Assembly (NCBI GenBank): GCA_963669175.1
Contig: OY769902.1
Coordinates: 4,672,001 to 4,736,000, forward strand
From: a bacterium
GTDB lineage: Bacteria > Electryoneota > Electryoneia > Electryoneales > Electryoneaceae
Direction: 5' to 3'
DNA: 64,000 bases
Shown: piece after piece, positions 20,010 through 30,949 of the stretch
Layout: the number at the start of each line of letters is the position of its first letter
Position numbering within the stretch: the first letter of the stretch is position 1
Position numbers and translations under genes: made by a program
The notes under the pieces: generated by a model
The model's input: only the letters and a program-made list of their open reading frames with translations
Told to the model about the DNA's origin: nothing
Databases searched by the model: none

Positions 20010-22550
20010 GTGCTGAAGAAATTGTTCCAGGGTGTCATTGTAACCATTGGCGTCTTCCTTTTACTCTATCAATTGGTCTTCTTCACACGTGAAGCCACGA
20101 TGGTTATAGCGTGGCTCAACTCCGGTTCGATCGGGCTGCAAGTCAGGGCTACCACACCCCCTGAAAACCCAACGGATACGCTGTGGGCGATTTCAGATGT
20201 CGACACCACAGCATTCCCCTTTGATATTTATCCGGTAGTCGGTGATATCCTTCTCGCAGCTATTCCTGAAGAAGGTGATACACTTTCTCCGAACCAGTTT
20301 TCAACGACAATCCATCCACAGCATAAATCCTATACACTTATACTGGAGCGGAATGGCACGACCATACCTGTTTCAGCAACTGCCAGAACCCGTGAATTTA
20401 TTGATGTAGGTTCCACGGTTGCTGTTGAGGTGCTTCGTGTGCTCATTGCGATCAGTTATCTCCTGGTGGGAATGTGGGCGTTTTACAAAAGGCCGGATTC
20501 AGGAGGGGTGCGAGCGCTTGCTCTGTTCAGTTTTGGCATGTCTGCTTTTATGATCACCGGGGTTCAAGCCATGGGTGGGCTTTATGCAGCCTATGATATC
20601 CCCTTTGATCAATATCTCCGGATTCCGCTCACCATGCTTACAGTCTGTTTTGGCGGTTTCTGGCTCAACCTCCAATTCTATTTCCCGCGACCATTTCGAA
20701 TTATCCGGAAACATCCCCTGCTCGGACACCTGGTCATATATTCGCCCCAGATTGCGGCTGCCGTATACAGTACTGTCGGTTGGTTGCAGGACAAGCCAAT
20801 GCCCGGTCTTCTGTTTACAGCGACCATTGCAACCCAGATGGTCCTGGGATTCACTATCCTTGTTATTCGAAGGATACGTACCGAAACCCCGCTCGAAAGA
20901 CGTCAGATTACCCTGGTATTATATGGCAGCGGTTTCGGCCTTGGCATCCTCTTCCTGCTGATCCTGTTTAACCTTGCTTTCCCGGCCTTGTCTGACATGG
21001 TGCCAGGTCCGGTAATGCTGTTCCTGATCAATTTTATTTTCCTCGCACTGTTGCTGTCGCCGTTGTCTTTTGCCTATGCGTTCGGCCGATATCGCTTGAT
21101 GGAAGTTGAGGGGCAGCTTCGCCGTGGCACACGGAATGCCCTGATTTCATCCGTATTGCTGGTCATTCTTGTTCTGATCGTTTACGGCGTCAGCGAAACC
21201 CTGCTGCATACCTTGAGCGTGGAGAGTCGTACTGCAACCATGTTTGTCACACTGGTTCTCGCGCTGGGCTTTATTCCTGCACACCGGTTCAGCCGTACCC
21301 AGATCGAGCGCCGCTTATACCCGGAACGCAACCGCTTGAAAGAGCTGGTCAATGACTTCCTGCGCTCTACTGCATCCATGCCTGACCGTGCTACCCTGTG
21401 GCTTCGCCTGGAAGACCAGTTGCGTACAGCGATGGGAATCAACAGTGTCATTCCGATACTGAGACATGAAACAGGTGACGACATGACCTTGGCGCACGGC
21501 GAGCAGGTTCCTTTCTCCGTGAATGACTCTGTATGCCAGTTCATTGAACGGACCAAACGTCCACTCCTGGTGGATGAAATGCTCGCAGCAGGGAAAGTCG
21601 ATGTCAACCCTGAAACACGATTGTGGTTGCGAAAAAACGACATCGCTCTTCTTCTCCCGATGACTGTTCAATCAAAGCTGACCGGCTTGCTCGGTATCTG
21701 TTTCGAGGGTGGCCGTGAAGATATGGCGGCGGAAGACTTGAACATGTTGGCTTCCCTGGTTACCCAGGTTGGTTTGCAAAGTGAGAACCTGCGCCTGCTG
21801 GAAGAGAACTTTGACAAGAAGCGTCTTGAAGAACAACTCCATATGGCAAGGAAAGTACAGGAACGCTTTCTCCCCAGGGAATTACCGGATACGCCAGGCC
21901 TGGAAGTCTTCGCCCAATGCCAGTTTTCGCTGGAAGTTGCAGGCGACTATTATGATGTTATTGATCTTCCCGGAAACAGGACTCTGATGGCAGTCGGTGA
22001 CGTATCCGGCAAAGGCGCCGGCGCTGCCATGATCATGGCCAATATGCAGGCGGCGTTACGTACCCTGACCGGGCTGGATATTGACCTGTCCGATGTGGTC
22101 GCACGTGTCAACGACATGATCTGGCGCAATACGGACCCGGAACAGTACATCACGTTCTTCGTAGCCATTTTTAACCCGGAGAACTCGACCCTGACCTATG
22201 TAAATGCCGGTCACAATCCCCCTATGATTATTCATGCAGACCGAAGTGTAACTCTCCTGGAAACAGGTGGTCCGATCTTGGGCGCCATCCCTGAAATGCC
22301 ATACCAGGCAAGCCAGGAAATCATGCAAGCGGGCGACTTGATGGTGACCTACACGGATGGCGTGACCGAAGCGATGAATGAGCTTGACGTGGAATTCGGC
22401 GAGGAACGTCTGCTGGAATTGATCCTGGGAAACCGGACATCTGACCTGTCAGGTCTTGTTCAACTGATTCATCAACGAGTATCTGCGTTTACCAATTCAA
22501 AAGGACAGTTTGCCGACGATTTCACATTGCTGCTGGCAAGGAAGAAGTAG
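20010..22550 (+). CDS. Membrane-bound SpoIIE/RsbU-type PP2C phosphatase (multi-TM, GAF, PP2C)
   Basis: EVAGDYYD, GDVSGKG, YVNAGHNPP, YTDGVTEA, DDFT; many TM helices; GAGGAG before the GTG start. Confidence 0.92.
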   Translation: MLKKLFQGVIVTIGVFLLLYQLVFFTREATMVIAWLNSGSIGLQVRATTPPENPTDTLWAISDVDTTAFPFDIYPVVGDILLAAIPEEGDTLSPNQFSTTIHPQHKSYTLILERNGTTIPVSATARTREFIDVGSTVAVEVLRVLIAISYLLVGMWAFYKRPDSGGVRALALFSFGMSAFMITGVQAMGGLYAAYDIPFDQYLRIPLTMLTVCFGGFWLNLQFYFPRPFRIIRKHPLLGHLVIYSPQIAAAVYSTVGWLQDKPMPGLLFTATIATQMVLGFTILVIRRIRTETPLERRQITLVLYGSGFGLGILFLLILFNLAFPALSDMVPGPVMLFLINFIFLALLLSPLSFAYAFGRYRLMEVEGQLRRGTRNALISSVLLVILVLIVYGVSETLLHTLSVESRTATMFVTLVLALGFIPAHRFSRTQIERRLYPERNRLKELVNDFLRSTASMPDRATLWLRLEDQLRTAMGINSVIPILRHETGDDMTLAHGEQVPFSVNDSVCQFIERTKRPLLVDEMLAAGKVDVNPETRLWLRKNDIALLLPMTVQSKLTGLLGICFEGGREDMAAEDLNMLASLVTQVGLQSENLRLLEENFDKKRLEEQLHMARKVQERFLPRELPDTPGLEVFAQCQFSLEVAGDYYDVIDLPGNRTLMAVGDVSGKGAGAAMIMANMQAALRTLTGLDIDLSDVVARVNDMIWRNTDPEQYITFFVAIFNPENSTLTYVNAGHNPPMIIHADRSVTLLETGGPILGAIPEMPYQASQEIMQAGDLMVTYTDGVTEAMNELDVEFGEERLLELILGNRTSDLSGLVQLIHQRVSAFTNSKGQFADDFTLLLARKK

Positions 22551-22552
22551 AA

Positions 22553-24670
22553 CTAAACCATTCCGGTCCTTGTACGGATAAACCATTCAATCCCCAGCAA
22601 CAGCGCAATAATCACCAGTGTCTGCCAGATTCCGAATGGTGTCCACGCACCTTTCACTGTTATCGTTCCAAACTTGCTGGGCAGCAGTTCATCCAGTTCG
22701 CCGATCCTGTCCGGTGTCAACATGCTACCATCGGTCGCTTGCGCCAGCGACCTCAGACGATCCGGGCGCATTCTTCGCTCCACCGTTTCCACATCAAAAT
22801 CGTCAACCACAAATGGCGCTGTCCTGCTAACAGATTCCGTTTGCGACAGGTTTATCGTAGCCTCGGCGGAATAGTCCCCAGTCCCCCAGGCGGGCAATGA
22901 AACACGATAGATCCCTTCGCCCTGCCCGACGAGAATGACTGTCCTGCTTTCGCTTCCATGAGTAACCTGCGCGGATACTTCCAGGCTGTCCAAGGGACGT
23001 AATGCAGAATCACGTACACGCGCCCGCAACTGAATCTCCTCGCCACCGGTGAAAAGATCCTTGACCGGTTCGAAGAGAACATTCTGCATATCTTCTTCCG
23101 CGGTCAGCCAGCGCAGGGTGCGATCCCACAGCATTTTATACCCATTCCCGCCCGGATCTGCCGAGCGACGTCCCAAATCCCATTTCCATAAATCTTCCGC
23201 AAGCCAGATCAGGGTCCGTGGCAGTGTTTCCGATTCAACCACCACCGGCCGTTCCGGATCACTCGATGCAGCGGCAATTGTTCGTCCACTTTTGGGAATA
23301 AGCGTTGCGAGACGTAGTGGCGGCGGTGATACTGCGCTTTCTTCGAACCACGTTCCATCCAGGGTAAAGAGCGGATGTCTGCTGATCGGCATGGGCACAA
23401 TATTGTCCATTGAACGTGCGCCCTTGATGCCATCGAACCGTGTTCCAAGCATGGCAATGCTCTGCATATCCGGGTTGGTCCCCGTGATAACTGCCAGGGG
23501 CAATCCAGATTCCACAACCTGGGTTACAGCCTGCCTGATTGCTGGCGACACACCCGGGAAGGGCAACACCACAGCAGCATCAAATTCGGAACGATTGATG
23601 ACGGCCGGAATTGCGCCCCGAATCATTTTCCTACCCGGACCACCACCGACAACAAGTACAGCATCCGTATCCGCGTCTTTTTCAAGGGTTCTGATCAGGA
23701 AAGAAGCGTCGGGGCTGGGACCGCCTGCCAGGAAAAGAATGCGTCTTTTCCGGTCTTCAATCTTGATAGTTGTCCGACGGCTGTTATTCCCGGTGTCAGC
23801 TTCTCTTTCCACACTTTCAACCTCAACAATGAAGCTCTGCAGCCCACCGGTTGCGGGTGTTGTCGCAAAGCGGACAACCTGTTCATCCCATTCACGAGTG
23901 AAATGAATCGTCTCTTCAGCTATACGGTTACCTTTGGCATCTTTCAGGTATACCTGAACCTGTTGGTTTTGAAGCTGCGATCCTCGAATCATCGCCTCGA
24001 GAACCACTTCTTCACCGGCATAGCCTCTTTCAGGCGCATCAACAGCGGCAATAACAACATCTCGTGGCGCAGAACTGTCCCCTATGGCGATAACATATAC
24101 CGGGCATCCCAGCCTCTTCGCATCCGTTTCCGGAGCTCCGCCATGGTTCACCGCACCGTCCGAAAAAAGTACAACGGCATCCGGAGCGCCACCCGGATCG
24201 TGGGCAAGTGTCTGGAATGCTTGTGAGAAATCTGTTCCCGGCCCATCGGCATCAGGAACATTGCCACGTTTCATACCTGTCGTTTCCAGGTCGAAAACGA
24301 AGCGTTTAATGTCTCGTTTTTCTTTAATCGTTTCCCAAACCGGGTGAGACAACGCCTCTTCAACCTGTTTGTATCGATTCCCGGACTGATCTGTCAATCC
24401 CATACTGGCGCTTTTGTCAACCAGAACAGATACCCGGCTCTTTCTCGGATATTCATTCTGCCAGCGAAGCTCAAATCCGGTGAGTAAAAACCAGATTCCC
24501 AGCAATGCCAATCCCCGTAAAACTGCCAGAATACCACGTACCCAGGCGGGCATGGGCGGGCGTGTCCAGCGATAGCTCCAAAGCGCCCCAGCGAAGAGTG
24601 CAACGGCTACCAGGACTGTCCAGCCGATACCGATTGTGGAATGCAGGGTAATTGACAGGGGGACAAGCAT
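22553..24670 (-). CDS. Membrane-anchored vWA-domain protein
   Basis: Two N-terminal TM helices, MIDAS DKSAS..T..LFSDG, Ig-like domain, C-terminal EWFIR motif. Confidence 0.8.
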   Translation of the reverse strand: MLVPLSITLHSTIGIGWTVLVAVALFAGALWSYRWTRPPMPAWVRGILAVLRGLALLGIWFLLTGFELRWQNEYPRKSRVSVLVDKSASMGLTDQSGNRYKQVEEALSHPVWETIKEKRDIKRFVFDLETTGMKRGNVPDADGPGTDFSQAFQTLAHDPGGAPDAVVLFSDGAVNHGGAPETDAKRLGCPVYVIAIGDSSAPRDVVIAAVDAPERGYAGEEVVLEAMIRGSQLQNQQVQVYLKDAKGNRIAEETIHFTREWDEQVVRFATTPATGGLQSFIVEVESVEREADTGNNSRRTTIKIEDRKRRILFLAGGPSPDASFLIRTLEKDADTDAVLVVGGGPGRKMIRGAIPAVINRSEFDAAVVLPFPGVSPAIRQAVTQVVESGLPLAVITGTNPDMQSIAMLGTRFDGIKGARSMDNIVPMPISRHPLFTLDGTWFEESAVSPPPLRLATLIPKSGRTIAAASSDPERPVVVESETLPRTLIWLAEDLWKWDLGRRSADPGGNGYKMLWDRTLRWLTAEEDMQNVLFEPVKDLFTGGEEIQLRARVRDSALRPLDSLEVSAQVTHGSESRTVILVGQGEGIYRVSLPAWGTGDYSAEATINLSQTESVSRTAPFVVDDFDVETVERRMRPDRLRSLAQATDGSMLTPDRIGELDELLPSKFGTITVKGAWTPFGIWQTLVIIALLLGIEWFIRTRTGMV

Positions 24671-25689
24671 TACGCCATCTCTCCGGTCAGTTCGAGGTTG
24701 GGGTTCGCTTCAAGGGTCAGCGGGTCACTGCCCTGTTCTGCCAGTTTCCGGGCGCCTAACCAAGCGATCATGGCTCCGTTATCCGTGCACCATTCAGACG
24801 GTGGGGCAATCAGTCTGATTCCGGCTTTATTGGCAATGGTAGCAGCTTTTTTCCGCAATAACTTATTGGCTGCCACTCCACCACCCAGAATCAGGCTCTT
24901 CGCTTCTACCTGTTTCAACGCCAGTTCAATACGTGAGGTCAACTGTTTCACAACTGCAACCTGGAACGAAGCAGCGAGGTCGGCTTTCCATTCTTTGCCG
25001 GATTCATTACGCATCTGCTCGACTTCACGAAGCGCGGCCGTTTTCAAGCCACTGAAAGAGAAATCCAGGGGACGGTCGGTCACTGCCACAGGCATACGGA
25101 ATCGTTTGGGATTTCCCTTTTCCGCCAGGCGTCCCATCTGCGCACCGGCAGGATAAGCCAAGCCAAGCAGGCCACCTACTTTATCAAAAGCTTCCCCGGC
25201 TGCATCATCCAATGTGCCGCCAAGATACTCATAGCGTCCAAATTCAAGAATATGAATCAGCTCAGTGTGTCCACCGGAAACCAGCACTGCCAGCGCCGGC
25301 AATGGCATCTCTTCTCCGGCAGCGGCCGATGCCCAGAGATGCCCTTCCAGATGATTTACGCCTATGAACGGAAGATGATTTGATACAGCCAGTCCTTTTG
25401 CGTAGCTGACCCCAACGAGCAAGGCTCCAATCAAGCCGGGACCATAGGTAACCGCGATGCCATCCAATTCAGAGAAGCTCCACCCGGAATCCTGCATAAT
25501 TTCGTCTACCATCCGTGACAGGGTTTTCTGATGCAGCCTTGAAGCGAGTTCCGGCACCACCCCACCCCACCGGGCATGGACTTCCTGGGTAGCAATCCGG
25601 GTTGCTACAACCTGACTAGCCTGAACCAGCGCAACGCCTGTTTCGTCACATGATGTCTCGATTCCGAGAACTTTCACTACAACTCCCAC
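24670..25689 (-). CDS. tsaD: tRNA N6-adenosine threonylcarbamoyltransferase TsaD
   Basis: GIETSCDET, GGVVPELASR, GPGLIGAL, HLEGH, SGGHT, DDAAGEAFDK, FSFSGLKT, TDNGAMI. Confidence 0.97.
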   Translation of the reverse strand: MGVVVKVLGIETSCDETGVALVQASQVVATRIATQEVHARWGGVVPELASRLHQKTLSRMVDEIMQDSGWSFSELDGIAVTYGPGLIGALLVGVSYAKGLAVSNHLPFIGVNHLEGHLWASAAAGEEMPLPALAVLVSGGHTELIHILEFGRYEYLGGTLDDAAGEAFDKVGGLLGLAYPAGAQMGRLAEKGNPKRFRMPVAVTDRPLDFSFSGLKTAALREVEQMRNESGKEWKADLAASFQVAVVKQLTSRIELALKQVEAKSLILGGGVAANKLLRKKAATIANKAGIRLIAPPSEWCTDNGAMIAWLGARKLAEQGSDPLTLEANPNLELTGEMA

Positions 25690-25766
25690 TCTCGCAACAG
25701 CTTACTGCTGAATTGTGTTTACCTGTTTCCGGAAGGATGCGTTATTATGCCAGTCGATTCATTCGT

Positions 25767-26714
25767 TCAGGGTGTGTTCACTTCAACTACGATACGCACT
25801 TTTTCCGGATTCGATTGCACCCACTCGATACCTTCCGGAAGGTTGAACTCAGGAACACACTCTCTTGTTTCAGGATTCCATTTGGAGAAATCAACATAGA
25901 CCTGAATCGAATCTGCGGTCAATCGTGCCAGACGTTTGGCCGGTCCACTCACACGCATGTCCAGCTCGGGAGGGTCAATGGCGAGGTTACTGTCATGAGG
26001 CAAACGAATAACACCAATTTTAATAGTTTTAATGTCCCGCTCCGCAATCTTGTCCATTTCAGCAACCAGCGTTACCATCCCAGGTTGTGCAGACAAATGC
26101 AGTGAGTCCGGCAGGGACAGGGCAATCTCTTCACGAATTGATTTTTTTACATCCTTCGCTTTATAAGACTCGGTTGTGATAGTTTGCATACGCCGCACAA
26201 TGCTACGCGGACCTGTTATCGTACAGGTATCCGGCAACACATAGGGCTCGGTAGCAAACGTATACCCCGGGTGAGGATCTACATCAATATTCGGGACAAT
26301 ACGTACTCGTCGAACCAACATGTCTTCGAGAACGACCTTTACCGTTTCCGGGCTGATAACCGTCATCGGGATGGCTTCAAGATCAGGTGACAGAATGACC
26401 TGGTTGACCCGTAACGGGTAATCATAAAAATGCTGAATGGTCTCCATATTTAATTCCAGGCGAGGCTTTGATACATACTGCATCAGGATCAGATCCTTGC
26501 CGGTGCCTGTGAACCGCACTTTCACATGCTCCGGAATTTCGGATACAATCAGCTTCCCATCCTGAACATTGATAGGAATAAGATCAACACTTACAACAGT
26601 TTCATAGCTTTTATTGATAACAACAAATCCCCATAACAGCACAGCCAGAAAAAACAGGTACAGCTTGACCTGCCACTGGTGACTCAACCGTTTTAGAATT
26701 CGTTTGAAATCCAC
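25767..26714 (-). CDS. YbbR/CdaR-like repeat protein
   Basis: N-terminal LAVLLW anchor and repeated P..V.V..GP modules. Confidence 0.75.
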   Translation of the reverse strand: MDFKRILKRLSHQWQVKLYLFFLAVLLWGFVVINKSYETVVSVDLIPINVQDGKLIVSEIPEHVKVRFTGTGKDLILMQYVSKPRLELNMETIQHFYDYPLRVNQVILSPDLEAIPMTVISPETVKVVLEDMLVRRVRIVPNIDVDPHPGYTFATEPYVLPDTCTITGPRSIVRRMQTITTESYKAKDVKKSIREEIALSLPDSLHLSAQPGMVTLVAEMDKIAERDIKTIKIGVIRLPHDSNLAIDPPELDMRVSGPAKRLARLTADSIQVYVDFSKWNPETRECVPEFNLPEGIEWVQSNPEKVRIVVEVNTP

Positions 26715-26788
26715 TTTCCTGCCTGAATGTTGTCCGAAATCATCTGTATTGTATGGTTCCGAAAAAGAACATCATCAATTGACCGGCA

Positions 26789-28552
26789 TCAGCGCCCGGT
26801 TTCCTCCGCCTGCATGGCATCAGATCCTGGCTCGCTCTGCGCTTCTTGTTCTCCCTGGTTCGGCATCAAACCATGCTTATAAGCCAGGTCTTTCCTGAGA
26901 TAAAGTCGAAAAAGATAAAAACGTCCCTGGTCGACAAAATATTCCAGCAACCGCAGATCACGACTGTCGTACTGACCAACATCAACATAATTATCCTGAA
27001 TAAACGCTTTAAGCTGCTGCTGGCGATCTATAGGATACTTTCCATAATACTGATAATCAGCTTCTGCACAATCAACAATCACCGCTGGCGGGGTTTCCGT
27101 AAGGTCATACCCCAAGTTAGGCCAACTGCCCTCGACAATATAAGGCGTAGTGTCAATTCGAGGGTCAACATTCACCCAGGGAATCAACCCAACAAGATAA
27201 TCACATTTTACAAAGCGAGTAGCACAATCACGCTGCGAAAATACATACAACTCGGGAGCGAATCCCCATACCCAGATTTTGGCATCTTTCGGTATCAGCT
27301 CATCAATTGTCTTTACCAGGTCAGGATAACGGCTCTTCAACGATTCACCGTTTTGAGTGATCAGGCGTTGATCACGATAAGCCGGACCGTGGAAATACGA
27401 CACCGGTAATAATATCCCCAGAACTGTCGCCACCATTGCTGTTACAGCAATCGTATCTTTCCAGTGGATTTGGTTTCGCCGCGCCTTTTGATACAGAAAC
27501 GCCATTCCTTCAGCGCCCATCCACGCCGAAAACGCGGCGGCAGGAACGAAGTAATGCCCGAACAGACGCCCCCCAAGGATTGCCACCAGGAACCCACCCC
27601 CAACACCGACGCCAAGAATGACTTTTCGAGCAAGGACAGCCTGATTGTCCTTCACAGGCAGCCACAGGAATGCGCCTGCCAGGGATACAACCAGGATCTG
27701 GGGCAACATCCAGTCCCACACCTTGTACCAGACACCTTGCAGAAACGCGAGATCGTATGATCCAGCTCCCGCATAGAACAGGTTATACTTGATATAAATG
27801 GTGAAGAAACCTTCGATACCGGAATCAAACAGAAGCGGGAACAACAGGAGCACATACCAGCCAGCGGAAATCAACAGGCTCAACACCGGAAACAGGAAGA
27901 AATATTGTTTCGTTTGAAAGCTCTTTATTCCCCATGCCGCCACCAACAGGATCACAGCAACGAAAAGACCGTGAATCTTGAACCATGCTGCCAGCGCTAT
28001 CCATAACGCTGTAACAACAAAATTCCCTTTGCCTGTCTCGGCCCAGCGCAGCAGGTTACGCGCCGCCAGCAGCAGAAAAGGAATCATGAAAGTTTCTGTT
28101 AGCGCTGCAATGGCATCTTGGGGAAGATACCCTCCCAATGCAATCGCGAGTAACATGGCCGCAAAAACACCTGGAATATCGCCATACCTGCGGCGGATTT
28201 CTGAGCCCAGGATCAGCGCGGCAGCCCAGTGCGCCAGAATCGCCACGTAACGAATGGCGAGCATGTTCCAGTCGCCGGCGATGGAAAATATAAATTTGTA
28301 GAGATAAAATATTCCCGGCGCTGCATGTTCAAACGCATTCTCATACAACACACCCCCCTCGGCCATAATACGTGCTACCGAGGCATACAGCCCTTCATCG
28401 GAATTGAGAATCTCCATACCGAAATAAGGCAGACGGCAAAGCAGAACAACTACCAGTGGGGCCAGAAACCGAATCCAGGCAGGAAGTTTAATCGTATCAG
28501 CGCCTGGTGCCTTTTCTATCCGTAAACGACTTGTCAACCGTTCAAGCATCAC
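26789..28552 (-). CDS. GT-C fold glycosyltransferase (family 39/ArnT-like)
   Basis: NSDEGLY after the first TM helix, multiple TM helices, GHYF motif, periplasmic C-terminal domain. Confidence 0.8.
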   Translation of the reverse strand: MMLERLTSRLRIEKAPGADTIKLPAWIRFLAPLVVVLLCRLPYFGMEILNSDEGLYASVARIMAEGGVLYENAFEHAAPGIFYLYKFIFSIAGDWNMLAIRYVAILAHWAAALILGSEIRRRYGDIPGVFAAMLLAIALGGYLPQDAIAALTETFMIPFLLLAARNLLRWAETGKGNFVVTALWIALAAWFKIHGLFVAVILLVAAWGIKSFQTKQYFFLFPVLSLLISAGWYVLLLFPLLFDSGIEGFFTIYIKYNLFYAGAGSYDLAFLQGVWYKVWDWMLPQILVVSLAGAFLWLPVKDNQAVLARKVILGVGVGGGFLVAILGGRLFGHYFVPAAAFSAWMGAEGMAFLYQKARRNQIHWKDTIAVTAMVATVLGILLPVSYFHGPAYRDQRLITQNGESLKSRYPDLVKTIDELIPKDAKIWVWGFAPELYVFSQRDCATRFVKCDYLVGLIPWVNVDPRIDTTPYIVEGSWPNLGYDLTETPPAVIVDCAEADYQYYGKYPIDRQQQLKAFIQDNYVDVGQYDSRDLRLLEYFVDQGRFYLFRLYLRKDLAYKHGLMPNQGEQEAQSEPGSDAMQAEETGR

Positions 28553-29688
28553 TCGCCCTGTTCGCTATCGCTGAAAATGCTACTTAACCAGTCAGCCAAA
28601 GCTACTACCATCTCATCACTGATATCATGATCATCCGGGGTTTCCAGGTATTGCACCTGCATTCCCGCTTCTCTCGCCAAGTCACGAATCTGCTGCCCCT
28701 GTTCACGGGTGACAATTCGATCACGCAATCCCTGGGCAATAAACAACTGAACATGCTTCTCTGCCGCCGCAGTGAACGATGCTGCAGAATCCTCGCCGAT
28801 AGGCAGGTATCCGGCCAGACACGCCATTCCAGACAACATTTCCGGCCTTTTCATGGCTGTCAGAAGTCCAGCGGAAGCGCCCTGGGCGTACCCGACAATT
28901 GCCACCTTCGACGTGTCCACATTCAGGTTCACCCCGGCATCGTGAATTACATTCACAATCCAGTCAACCGTGTACATCCGGGCCAGTTCATAGGCTTCCG
29001 ATTCATTATCAGCCACCAACGCACGTGGCCAATAGGCAAATCCCTCAACGCCCTTCCTGATCGTGTAAGGCGCACGGGGTAGCAAGTATACGATCCCAGG
29101 CAACGCCAGACGATCCGGCAGTTCATCCATGTCGTTCATATCGCCGCCACGCCCGTGGAGCAAAACGACTACCGGGCAAGGTGTTCCCTTTTCCTCGTAG
29201 TTATGCGGCAGGATTACCTGGTACGGTGCAAGCCTGGTTTGCACGGTGTAATAAGGGGCTCTGCGCTCCTGTTCCCCCTCAGCTTCAAGCTCATTCAGCT
29301 CTTCAATACGCGCCATGATGCGTTTGAAACCCGGCATGTCATGAATCAGAGCCATATCCGGGTCGCGTGGCGGCCAGTCTGCATCACGCCACCCCGCAGT
29401 CGCTGCATCATCCAACGCATTCAGGGATTCCTGCAGCTGGCCGGTCAACGAAAGAGCGCAGGCATAATTATACCACCCGACATAATCGCCGGGATTCGCT
29501 TCCAGCCATTTTTCATACAACTCGGCTGCCAGCACAGCATCGCCAGCCGAAAGCGCACGCTCCGCCTGTTCCCCCAGGGTAGGTCCGCCCGGTTGGACAG
29601 CCTCCCCTCTTTTCGCCATTCCGACTATCAGCATGAGCAGAGCAAACATGCCGATTAATCCAAAGCGCCTACTCTTGGATACGGACAA
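28549..29688 (-). CDS. Exported TPR + phospholipase/carboxylesterase-fold protein lacking the nucleophile Ser
   Basis: WYNYACALS TPR; VLLHGRG, GYAQG, QGLRD, DDHDI; start inferred at TTG 29688 after GAGGTG. Confidence 0.8.
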   Translation of the reverse strand: MSVSKSRRFGLIGMFALLMLIVGMAKRGEAVQPGGPTLGEQAERALSAGDAVLAAELYEKWLEANPGDYVGWYNYACALSLTGQLQESLNALDDAATAGWRDADWPPRDPDMALIHDMPGFKRIMARIEELNELEAEGEQERRAPYYTVQTRLAPYQVILPHNYEEKGTPCPVVVLLHGRGGDMNDMDELPDRLALPGIVYLLPRAPYTIRKGVEGFAYWPRALVADNESEAYELARMYTVDWIVNVIHDAGVNLNVDTSKVAIVGYAQGASAGLLTAMKRPEMLSGMACLAGYLPIGEDSAASFTAAAEKHVQLFIAQGLRDRIVTREQGQQIRDLAREAGMQVQYLETPDDHDISDEMVVALADWLSSIFSDSEQGE

Positions 29689-29903
29689 TTCTGCCACCTC
29701 GGTCAACGCGTTTCCCCGGAACCCTCTCCCCTCACTCTCCCGGTTGCAGGCAAGATAAGCATATAAACAAACAAATGCCTCCCCGCTCGCCCTTGAGAGT
29801 TGGAAAACAAGAAGCTGCGAAAGATCAGAGTCAATCAACTTGAACTTGGGATTATCCATGCTTATTTTTAGCATATGCTAGAAACAAAACAACTGGAGGA
29901 TTT

Positions 29904-30269
29904 ATGCCGGGATTTGATAGACGTGGTCCTTTGGGAAAAGGGCCGATGACCGGACGCGGGCTTGGACCGTGTGGAACGGGTAAAGCAACTCATTTTAATG
30001 ACGAGGGTTACGGCGTTGGACGTGGTGGTCGTCCCTGGGGCGGTGGCAACGGTCATTGCTGGGGCGGCGGACGTGGACACCGTCATGGTTTTCAAGCTGG
30101 CATGGGCAGACAGTTTCGCCATGGATTTCGTTTCAGGGATTACACGGATGCAGAAATGGATATCCGTGAAGAGATGGAATCCTATGCCGACTACCTGAAA
30201 AACGAGTTGGATCGTGTTGAAAAAGCCTTATCTTCAGGAAAAGGAAAACCGCAACAGGAAGAAGATTGA
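29904..30269 (+). CDS. DUF5320 family protein
   Basis: MPGFDRRGPLGKGPMTGRGLGPC signature, Gly/Arg-rich middle, C-terminal coiled coil; GGAGG RBS. Confidence 0.88.
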   Translation: MPGFDRRGPLGKGPMTGRGLGPCGTGKATHFNDEGYGVGRGGRPWGGGNGHCWGGGRGHRHGFQAGMGRQFRHGFRFRDYTDAEMDIREEMESYADYLKNELDRVEKALSSGKGKPQQEED

Positions 30270-30304
30270 TTCTCCCATTGCGGAAAAACTGAAGAGAAGT
30301 AATC

Positions 30305-30712
30305 ATGCCGAGACCGACAAAACCGCGGCGGGTATCTTTTCGCCCGCCGCATCAATTCTTTAAACCTGCCGGAGTGCCCAGCAAAGAACTGGAACAGGTA
30401 GCGCTCACCCTTGACGAACTGGAAGCGCTTCGCCTGGCACATCTTGAAGGCTATTACCAGGCTGCCATCTCCCGCCGGATGGGGGTATCACGCCCCACCG
30501 CCGGGATCATACTGGAAAATGCCCACCGTAAAATCACAGAATGCCTGGTAGAAGGCAAAGCTCTTGTCATTGAACAGGGCGCTACAGTGCATGACACCCA
30601 CCCGCCGGAAGACTGCCCCAAATGTGGCGAGGAAGTCAACGACGAATGGCAGGACCAATGTCCACGCTGCGGACGTGGACGCCGCCATCGTGGCCGTCAT
30701 GGCAAAGGATAA
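30305..30712 (+). CDS. DUF134 family HTH protein with C-terminal CxxC..CxxC
   Basis: MPRPTKPRRV..FKPAG..LTLDELEALRL..MGVSRPT..LVEGK signature. Confidence 0.9.
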   Translation: MPRPTKPRRVSFRPPHQFFKPAGVPSKELEQVALTLDELEALRLAHLEGYYQAAISRRMGVSRPTAGIILENAHRKITECLVEGKALVIEQGATVHDTHPPEDCPKCGEEVNDEWQDQCPRCGRGRRHRGRHGKG

Positions 30713-30869
30713 CCATTACCCTCTTGGAAGCTGTCTTCAGCCATTTGCCTGACACACACCTATGCCATCGAATCACTTGACGGGTGGCCCGATTTTGCCC
30801 TGTGATGATAGTTGTCCCCTTGTCACACTTGATCGAGATACAGAGCTTCCACACGCATGGGAAGCTCAC

Positions 30870-30949
30870 AGGCAAAGTCGGGATTGTGACAATAGCTACC
30901 AGTCAAGTATTGGTACGATACTAAACATATCCACAATCCCGACTTGCCT
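30870..30949. repeat. Inverted repeat (REP-like or bidirectional terminator), with a partial third arm at 31043-31059
   Basis: aggcaaagtcgggattgtg / cacaatcccgacttgcct. Confidence 0.65.
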
